7,973 bases of DNA, from positions 1 through 7,973 of the forward strand of contig JAEOSI010000096.1 in assembly GCA_016840425.1 (NCBI GenBank), written 5' to 3'. Of the stretch, positions 1-6,335 are shown piece by piece (position 1 is the first letter of the stretch; each line of letters begins with the position of its first letter). A program made the translations under genes and the position numbers. The stretch comes from Candidatus Wukongarchaeum yapensis. Its GTDB lineage: Archaea > Asgardarchaeota > Wukongarchaeia > Wukongarchaeales > Wukongarchaeaceae. Below the pieces are notes generated by a model that was not told where the DNA came from, did not search any database, and worked only from the letters and a program-made list of their open reading frames with translations.

Positions 1-9
1 TTATGCCAT

Positions 10-1392
10 TTATTTTTCTCGCTTTTTTAGGCTGGCTATCCTAAAGGCATAAGCTCCAAGACCTCCAAGGGTTACTATTGCAGCCATGGCCATAAGTATT
101 AACGCTGTGGAGTTTAAAGATGTTCGAGGAGCCTCTTCTGGGAAAACGTCCACCATGATCCATGGATATGTTGTGATGTTTGTGTATCCGCGAACCTTTG
201 AACTGTTTGTCGAAAATTCTATCGCTCCAGCTTTCTCAAAAGTTGTAGAGTTATAGACAGCGTAGAAATGTTTTCCCATCCTACTAATATTTAACATAGT
301 TATGTTCATTGTGCCTATTTTATGTACTACAAAGCTTGCGTTTATTCCCGCAACTTCTTCCATGTTTTCGTCTTCGATTATCACAGAAACATTCACTTGC
401 TCCCCATAAGTTATCTGTTCTTTATCGGTGGTCATATCCTCATAAAGGACTACACCCTTAAGCTTTGCAAGCCATTTTATCGTTTCATTGGCAAACAGCA
501 AGTTTTCATAAGCGCTAAAATTACCGCTGCTATTTGTATAAGTGTTGTTAAACATTGTAACAGAGCCTATTCCTATAAATCTTCCCTGATTTTCTGTTTC
601 AGCGCACACACCTAAAACTACATCTGTTCCATTAATATCTCCTACATCATTTACCGAGTTATTGTTTTTATCAGCAAAAGCGGTATCGCTTGCCCATGTT
701 AAGTTATAATGGTCAACTACTTCAAGGATTGTGGAATTTATTAAGGAACTGTTAGTGGTTATAGGTATACCTCGGTATATTAGGGAGGCATTTTTTTGGT
801 CTAAAACAAGGGTTTGAGGGATTCCATCCAAGAAGAAAGGGACTTTTATTGAGGTTGTTGTGTTTTCATAATTTACTGGATCTATTACTGTTACATTTTC
901 AAGGAACTTGAAACCAAAATATTGGGTCACATTGTTGATATTGGTATCGGTGTTTGGACCTTCTGGAGCATTACAAATCATAAGACTTCCGCCTTTCTTA
1001 ACAAACTCCTTTAGCGCGTCAATAGCGCTCTCTGTAAAAGTCAAATTGGACTGAATAAAGATAATGAAAACGTCTACACCTCGCAAATCAATGGATGCAA
1101 AATCCGTCCTAATAACAGTTTCATTCTCCCAAACATCGAGATCGAAACCGGTTTCATTCTCTAACATATCTAAAAATATGCTTGCAGATGTCTTGTTAAT
1201 ATATTGAGACACGTTTGCAGCAAAATTTACAAGCACTCTAATATCTTCGGGCTCAGGTATCGTGGTGTCGGAAATTGTTTCTCTTCCAACGGGATTAGAT
1301 TCAATTTTAGATAAGGAATAAGTGAAAGATGTAGAGAATATAACGAAGAGAAATAAGATTGCCATTAAAACTGCTTTGTTTTTAAAACCCAT
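10..1392 (-). CDS. Exported, C-terminally membrane-anchored glycoprotein with a GIFT/DUF4350/GldG-like (class I GATase-like fold) domain and a probable Ig-like domain
   Basis: 460 aa. Basic plus hydrophobic N-terminus (MGFKNKAVLMAILFLFVIF). GIFT-type motifs DVFII...FTESAIDALKEFVKKGGSLMI, INNVTQYFG and GRFIGIGSVTMFNN...NLLFANETIKWL. C-terminal TM helix (ALILMAMAAIVTLGGLGAYAF) with basic tail KKREK. About 26 N-x-S/T sequons by manual count. Domain call is by motif recognition only. Confidence 0.7.
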   Translation of the reverse strand: MGFKNKAVLMAILFLFVIFSTSFTYSLSKIESNPVGRETISDTTIPEPEDIRVLVNFAANVSQYINKTSASIFLDMLENETGFDLDVWENETVIRTDFASIDLRGVDVFIIFIQSNLTFTESAIDALKEFVKKGGSLMICNAPEGPNTDTNINNVTQYFGFKFLENVTVIDPVNYENTTTSIKVPFFLDGIPQTLVLDQKNASLIYRGIPITTNSSLINSTILEVVDHYNLTWASDTAFADKNNNSVNDVGDINGTDVVLGVCAETENQGRFIGIGSVTMFNNTYTNSSGNFSAYENLLFANETIKWLAKLKGVVLYEDMTTDKEQITYGEQVNVSVIIEDENMEEVAGINASFVVHKIGTMNITMLNISRMGKHFYAVYNSTTFEKAGAIEFSTNSSKVRGYTNITTYPWIMVDVFPEEAPRTSLNSTALILMAMAAIVTLGGLGAYAFRIASLKKREK

Positions 1393-1526
1393 TTTTTATG
1401 GCGCTCCATAAGCTTTTACTGTGTAAAATTTTTAAGTTGAGAGGATAGCATAGGTTTTTGATTTTCTTTTTTCAACTTTTATTTTAGTAGTTGGGTTTTC
1501 TTTTTATATGTATAGGTTTAATAAAG

Positions 1527-1552
1527 GATTTTAACGGGTAAGTTTTAAAATC
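1527..1552 (+). promoter_or_regulatory. Candidate rpo5 promoter: purine-rich GGGTAAG then TTTTAAAA TATA-like box, overlapped by an 8-bp inverted repeat
   Basis: GGGTAAG at 1536-1542 and TTTTAAAA at 1543-1550, about 43 nt before the TTG at 1593. GATTTTAA (1527-1534) and TTAAAATC (1545-1552) form a perfect inverted repeat. An alternative TATA, TTTATAT, lies at 1503-1509. Confidence 0.35.
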
Positions 1553-1592
1553 TTAACGCTAACAAAGTAAGTTACTGGGGCGTGTTTTTAAG

Positions 1593-2168
1593 TTGACAAT
1601 CAGTTCTATTGATGAGAAAGCTGTTTCTGAGAGATTAATTGAGGGCATCAAAGCCGTTATTAAGAATAGAGGATACACCCCGGTTAGCGCGGAGGATAAG
1701 GGGGATAAGATAGAAGTTTTAGGGGAGAAAAAGGAGGGAAGGAAGAAGATTCAGGTTGTTGCTTGGCTGCCCAAGTTTAAAACTATTGGTGTTAAATTTG
1801 TCAGGGAATTGAAAAAGTCGATGGAAGAAAGAAAGATACATAATGGTTTTTTGTTAACTGTGGGCAAATATACGCACTATACGCGTAAGGAAGTTTCGGG
1901 AAATGAGAATATTGAACTTATACCGGCCGAATACGCCTTTTTTGATATTTTCGTTCATGATTTAGTGCCAGAACATGAAATAGTTTCAGAGGAAGAAGTG
2001 GGAAAATTAGTGAAGGACTATGGAATTCAAGTTAATCAGTTAGCTATGCTAAAAGCGAGTGACCCTGTTGCTCGGGCTGTAGGGGCGCGTGCAGGGGATG
2101 TCGTGAAGATTACAAGAAAAAGTCCTACTGCTGGTGTTTCGGTAGCTTACCGTTACGTTGTAAAATGA
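1593..2168 (+). CDS. rpo5: DNA-directed RNA polymerase subunit Rpo5 (RpoH/RPB5), long two-domain form
   Basis: 191 aa, TTG start. The C-terminal ~75 aa is the classic Rpb5_C domain (HDLVPEHEIVSEEE...DPVARAVGARAGDVVKITRKSPTAGVSVAYRYVV). The N-terminal ~115 aa resembles the eukaryotic RPB5 jaw domain (NRGY; IGVKFVRELKKSMEERKIHNGFLL). Confidence 0.92.
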   Translation: MTISSIDEKAVSERLIEGIKAVIKNRGYTPVSAEDKGDKIEVLGEKKEGRKKIQVVAWLPKFKTIGVKFVRELKKSMEERKIHNGFLLTVGKYTHYTRKEVSGNENIELIPAEYAFFDIFVHDLVPEHEIVSEEEVGKLVKDYGIQVNQLAMLKASDPVARAVGARAGDVVKITRKSPTAGVSVAYRYVVK

Positions 2169-2175
2169 GTGGTTG

Positions 2176-3108
2176 ATGAAAGAAATAATGATACTTTTTC
2201 TTTCTGGCGGTACTGGTACGCCCAAGTTACTCCAAGGTGTTTTAACTTTAATCAGTCCCGAAGAGTTTTCGGTTATTAGTAATGTGGGCGATGATTACGA
2301 GATATACGGTCTTTATGTTTCGCCTGATCTTGATGTTATTACCTATACTATTGCCGGAATCGTTGACGAGGAAAAAATGTGGGGGATAAAAGGGGATACT
2401 TTTAACTTTATTCAATGCCTTGAGAGGATTGGTGAAGATTCTTGGTTTAAACTTGGAGATAAAGACCTTTCTTTCTGTTTCTTGCGCTCTTATCTTTTAC
2501 GAAAAGGGTTGCGTTTAAGCGAGGCTTGTAAGTTTATTTGTGATATTTTGAATGTGGGAGTTTCTGTTTTTCCTGCAAGTGATCGAAGTATTCAAACAAG
2601 GATTTTAACTGAAAAAGGATGGATGCATTTTCAGGAATGGTGGGTGCGTGAAAAAGGATCCTTAAAGGTTTTAAATATTGACTTCAAGGGCGCAGATATC
2701 GCTAAATCAGCTCCCGGCGTTTTAAAAGAGATTAATTGCGCTGAAAAGATTGTTATCGGTCCAAGCAATCCTGTGACGAGTATCGGTCCAATATTGGCAG
2801 TAAAAGAGATTAGAGAGGCTTTAGAAAAAACGCAGACAAAGGTAATCGCTATATCTCCAATCATAGGAGATAGTCCTTTAAGCGGTCCTGCTGGAACTCT
2901 TATGGAGTTTTTAAACCTTGAAGTTTCGCCTCTAGGTGTTGCTAAAGTTTATGAATCTTTTTTAGATTGCTTAATAATAGACAAAAGGGATAAAAGTATA
3001 GCTAAAAGGATTGAAAAAGAGCTTGGCATTGAAGTTGTTTCGGTAAACACTATAATGAAGACACTTAATGATAAAAAAGAACTAGCAGAAAAAGTGTTAA
3101 GAGTTTGA
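2176..3108 (+). CDS. cofD: 2-phospho-L-lactate (or PEP) transferase of F420 biosynthesis (CofD/FbiA family)
   Basis: LSGGTGTPKLLQG, NVGDD, SPDLD, WFKLGDKD, HFQEWWV, IGPSNPVTSIGPIL and SPIIG...SGPA are CofD hallmarks. Start is ATG 2176 (in-frame TTG 2173 and ATG 2188 are alternatives), 7 nt after the rpo5 stop. Confidence 0.93.
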   Translation: MKEIMILFLSGGTGTPKLLQGVLTLISPEEFSVISNVGDDYEIYGLYVSPDLDVITYTIAGIVDEEKMWGIKGDTFNFIQCLERIGEDSWFKLGDKDLSFCFLRSYLLRKGLRLSEACKFICDILNVGVSVFPASDRSIQTRILTEKGWMHFQEWWVREKGSLKVLNIDFKGADIAKSAPGVLKEINCAEKIVIGPSNPVTSIGPILAVKEIREALEKTQTKVIAISPIIGDSPLSGPAGTLMEFLNLEVSPLGVAKVYESFLDCLIIDKRDKSIAKRIEKELGIEVVSVNTIMKTLNDKKELAEKVLRV

Positions 3109-3114
3109 GGGGTC

Positions 3115-3121
3115 TTTTTTT
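3115..3121 (+). terminator. Oligo-T tract, probable archaeal intrinsic terminator of the rpo5-cofD unit
   Basis: T7 run starting 7 nt after the cofD stop, followed by further T-runs up to about 3240. Confidence 0.5.
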
Positions 3122-3544
3122 GTTGTTGGGGCGGGTTTCCACTGTGTTTTTCTCCTTTTTTGTGCGGAGACCTGTTTTTGTTTTTTACCGTCTTGCTTTT
3201 AGTATGTTTATTCTTTGTTTCTTTTTTTGGGCATTATTTTTTCACTCTTAATTTTTGCCGCATAGGGTTATTTTTTGAAAAAGTGTATTAACAAGCTTTT
3301 TTTAAGCTGTTTTTAATCTTTTATTTTCGATTAAGAATGAGGGGGAAAAGGGAAAGAAACTGGGAAAGATTGGAGATTGTCAAAGAGGTTGAGGGAGGAT
3401 CATTTTACATCTCGTGTATGGAGAAAAAAAGGATGATTACCCTGCAAGTGGCCAATTTTTGCAGGTGCTGCTTTCAATACTTTTTTATACATACTTACCC
3501 TATGCTTACCCTACTCCTTGTTGATAAAGTGAGGATTGAGAGCT

Positions 3545-4270
3545 ATGGAAAAAAATCAATTAATTACAATCGCTTTGGTTGCACTTTTTTTCTCTGTAGG
3601 CTTTATTACCGGAGAGTACATTCTTGAAGATGAAGAAGAAGAGCCTGCTGTTACATGGACAGAGACCTTTAACATTGAAGGTTGTAATTTTTCTGCTACT
3701 GGACGAAATGATTACTTCATCTTAGAGCCTGGATATCAATTAATTTTTGAAGGCGAAGAGGATGGCGATACAGTTATACTTAACATTACTGTATTAGATA
3801 ACATCACGATGATTGGGGGCATTGAAACAAGGGTTGTTGTAGAAACTGAGACATTAAACGGTGAATTGGTAGAAATATCAAGAAACTTTTTTACAATATG
3901 CAATGAAACTAACAGTGTCTTTTATTTTGGTGAAGAAGTAGATATTTATGAAAACGGAGTAGTTGTCAGTCATGAAGGTGCTTGGATCGCGTTTTCTAAT
4001 GATGCAAAGCCAGGTGTAATGATGCCAGGAATAATCCTTTTAGGTGCCAGATATTATCAAGAAATTGCCCCGGGAGTTGCGGAGGACAGAGCTGAAATTA
4101 TTAGCATGACTGAAACGGTTCAAACCCCTTTTGGAACATTTGAGAACTGCTTGAAAATAGAAGAGACAACCCCATTAGAACCTGGAGTTAAAGAGTATAA
4201 ATACTATGCAGCGGGAATTGGCTTAATCCAAGATGGAGACTTGAAATTAACATCGTTGGTATCTATTTAA
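3545..4270 (+). CDS. Uncharacterised N-terminally membrane-anchored, acidic, beta-rich exported protein
   Basis: 241 aa from ATG 3545, with GAGGA at 3531-3535 upstream (ORF track starts at TTG 3536). Hydrophobic N-terminal segment then an acidic stretch (EDEEEEP). Motifs YFILEPGYQL, YFGEEVDIYE, YYQEIAPGVAED, TPFGTFENCLK..ETTPLEPG..EYKYYAAGIGL recall a widespread prokaryotic hypothetical family, possibly DUF3108-like. Confidence 0.8.
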   Translation: MEKNQLITIALVALFFSVGFITGEYILEDEEEEPAVTWTETFNIEGCNFSATGRNDYFILEPGYQLIFEGEEDGDTVILNITVLDNITMIGGIETRVVVETETLNGELVEISRNFFTICNETNSVFYFGEEVDIYENGVVVSHEGAWIAFSNDAKPGVMMPGIILLGARYYQEIAPGVAEDRAEIISMTETVQTPFGTFENCLKIEETTPLEPGVKEYKYYAAGIGLIQDGDLKLTSLVSI

Positions 4271-4286
4271 AAATAAATAAAAAATA

Positions 4287-4322
4287 TTGCACCTACTGTG
4301 CAAACACCTACCTCTTTTCTTT
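4287..4322 (+). terminator. Small hairpin plus pyrimidine tract, possible terminator after the exported-protein gene
   Basis: TTGCAC-ctact-GTGCAA (4287-4303), followed by TTTTCTTT (4315-4322). Confidence 0.3.
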
Positions 4323-4412
4323 ATGCCAGAAACAACAAAAAAGGAAGCTTCTTACTAACAAGTATAGTAGGTAGATAGGTAGGATTAGTTCACAAGTTTT
4401 GAGGTAACTGGG

Positions 4413-5153
4413 TTGATTTCAGGGAAAAAGACTGTTACGGCTGCGGCGGTTGCGGTTAGAGGTCTTGATGGTGGTAAAAGCAGGCTTTCTTTAGAGCTTG
4501 GGTATGAAAATAAAAGTCTTGTAAAGGAACTTATAATGGCGATGTTTCTCGACATATTAGACGTATTATCTCGTGCTATAAATCGATCTGTTATGGATTT
4601 TATGATTGTTTGTAGTAGTGACGATAAATTATTAGGGCTTTCAAAGGAGGGGAATTTTTTGCCTTTGAAGGATGATGGAAAGGATTTAAATTTTGCTGTT
4701 TTTAAAGCATTAAACGAGGCAAAAAAAAGGTTTGCGACTCAATCCATTGTTATCATGGGTGATACGCCTCTTATTAGCGTTAAAAATATTAGGGATCTTG
4801 TGGAAATAGCGAAAGATTATGATAGAGTAGTAGTAGCTTGTCCTACTAACGATGGTGGTACGTCTACTGTTTTGTTTAAACCTTGTAACGTTATGGTGCC
4901 TGTTTTTGGTGGAACATCTTTTAAAGCGTTTCAGGAGAAAGCACGTTTAGAAAAAGTTCCCTTTAGAAGATATGAAGATCCTAGCGTAACCCTTGACGTT
5001 GACACATTAAAAGATTTAGAAAAATTATTAAAAATCCTAGAAGATAAAAAGAGAGAATTAGAAGAAGAAGGAATAATGTCGAAAAGAACTTTAAAAGCTT
5101 CTAAAAAAATTTTAAGTAGTAATGTTTTACGTGTTTCACCTTTATCCAAGTGA
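4413..5153 (+). CDS. cofC: 2-phospho-L-lactate/PEP guanylyltransferase of F420 biosynthesis (CofC/FbiD family)
   Basis: 246 aa, TTG start with GAGGT SD at 4401-4405. GKSRLS, AMFLDIL, LNFA, IVIMGDTPLI, DGGTS, FGGTSF and LDVDTLKDL match CofC motifs. cofD lies nearby. Confidence 0.88.
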   Translation: MISGKKTVTAAAVAVRGLDGGKSRLSLELGYENKSLVKELIMAMFLDILDVLSRAINRSVMDFMIVCSSDDKLLGLSKEGNFLPLKDDGKDLNFAVFKALNEAKKRFATQSIVIMGDTPLISVKNIRDLVEIAKDYDRVVVACPTNDGGTSTVLFKPCNVMVPVFGGTSFKAFQEKARLEKVPFRRYEDPSVTLDVDTLKDLEKLLKILEDKKRELEEEGIMSKRTLKASKKILSSNVLRVSPLSK

Positions 5154-5168
5154 TTGGAGGTCTTTGTC

Positions 5169-6326
5169 GTGTTAGATATTGAGTTGGAAGTAATAGAAAG
5201 GGCTCAAAAACTTCTCAAAGAATTTGGTTATGATGGTTGGTTGATCGTTACCCGTGAAAATGAGGATGTTCATTCTCGTTATGTATTAGGCATTCGCGTT
5301 TATTCTACTCACGCGATAATTGTTCCAAAAGAAGGAGATGTAATGGTTTTAATCACGCGAATGGAGGGAGCAATGTTAAGGGATAGAGGGTTTGATGTTG
5401 AGGAATATAGTAGCGGGAAAACTTTTATTGAAAAATTGAAGGAAAAGGTTTCTGATCTTGGTGAAAATCCTAAAATTGTTATAAATTACGTTGAAAACTC
5501 AATTCTTGCGGGGAAAGGGGGATTTGATAAGATGCCTGTCGGCATTTTTACAAGCCTTAAAACAATCCTTCAAAACGTTTCTTTAGAGTCTGCAGCTCCT
5601 TTTCTTGAAAAATTAAGAAGTATAAAAACTCCAAAAGAGATAAAAAAGATAGAAGAAGCGGTAAAAGCCACTATAGAAATATTTGAAAATAAAATACCAG
5701 GATTCATTACAGAGGGAGTAACTGAAAAAGAAGTTGGAGCAAAGATTAATTTCGAAATTAATAAAGTGGGCGAACCATCCTTTGCAACAATAGTTGCTTC
5801 GGGTCTAAATAGCGCTTATCCACATCATCAAACAAGTAAGAAAAAAATAGCCAAAGGTGACATAGTTTTAATTGATATGGGGGTAAAGTTGGATGGATAC
5901 TGTGCAGACATCACGCGGACGTACCAATTTGGGAAAAAAGGTAGTGAAAAGATCGAGCAGATGTATGAAGCGGTTTACGACGCGAATAAAGAGGCTATTG
6001 AAATTTTAAAACCCGGAATAATGGGGATGGAAGTGGATAAAACCGCGAGAGAAGTTCTTAAAAAACACGGTTTTGATCCTGATAAGTTTTTCATTCATGG
6101 CTTAGGACATCCTCTTGGCATAGAAACACACGATGTCGGAGCAATGCTTAGTACTGAAGCCAACCCTTATGCAAAAATCCCTATACCAGTAGGTTCAGTA
6201 TTAACAGTGGAACCAGGGCTTTACATAGAAGGTGTTGGAGGCATAAGATTAGAAGATGATATAGTGGTTACTCCGGAAAAATGCAGACCTTTATCATATT
6301 CGCCCCGTGAACTTATCCATTTGTAG
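5169..6326 (+). CDS. Xaa-Pro aminopeptidase/dipeptidase (M24B, PepQ/PepP-like) with creatinase-N domain
   Basis: All metal-ligand motifs are present: LIDMG, YCADITRT, HGLGHPLG...HD, TVEPGLY, GIRLEDD. Likely start is GTG 5169, 7 nt after GGAGGT (5156-5161). The ORF track starts at TTG 5154, directly after the cofC stop. Confidence 0.92.
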   Translation: MLDIELEVIERAQKLLKEFGYDGWLIVTRENEDVHSRYVLGIRVYSTHAIIVPKEGDVMVLITRMEGAMLRDRGFDVEEYSSGKTFIEKLKEKVSDLGENPKIVINYVENSILAGKGGFDKMPVGIFTSLKTILQNVSLESAAPFLEKLRSIKTPKEIKKIEEAVKATIEIFENKIPGFITEGVTEKEVGAKINFEINKVGEPSFATIVASGLNSAYPHHQTSKKKIAKGDIVLIDMGVKLDGYCADITRTYQFGKKGSEKIEQMYEAVYDANKEAIEILKPGIMGMEVDKTAREVLKKHGFDPDKFFIHGLGHPLGIETHDVGAMLSTEANPYAKIPIPVGSVLTVEPGLYIEGVGGIRLEDDIVVTPEKCRPLSYSPRELIHL

Positions 6327-6335
6327 AATAAGAGT

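Noticed and set aside
1-9. ATG directly after the stop of the surface-protein gene (minus strand)
   Set aside because: It reads ATG GCA TAA, only two codons.
322-615. 97-aa plus-strand ORF
   Set aside because: Antisense shadow of the surface-protein gene with no recognisable motif.
2631-2864. 77-aa minus-strand ORF
   Set aside because: Antisense to cofD.
3337-3627. 96-aa plus-strand ORF
   Set aside because: Overlaps the better-supported 3545 gene out of frame, runs through its promoter-like motifs, and shows no recognisable family.
4931-5149. 72-aa minus-strand ORF
   Set aside because: Antisense to the cofC 3' end, with low-complexity F/S/L composition.
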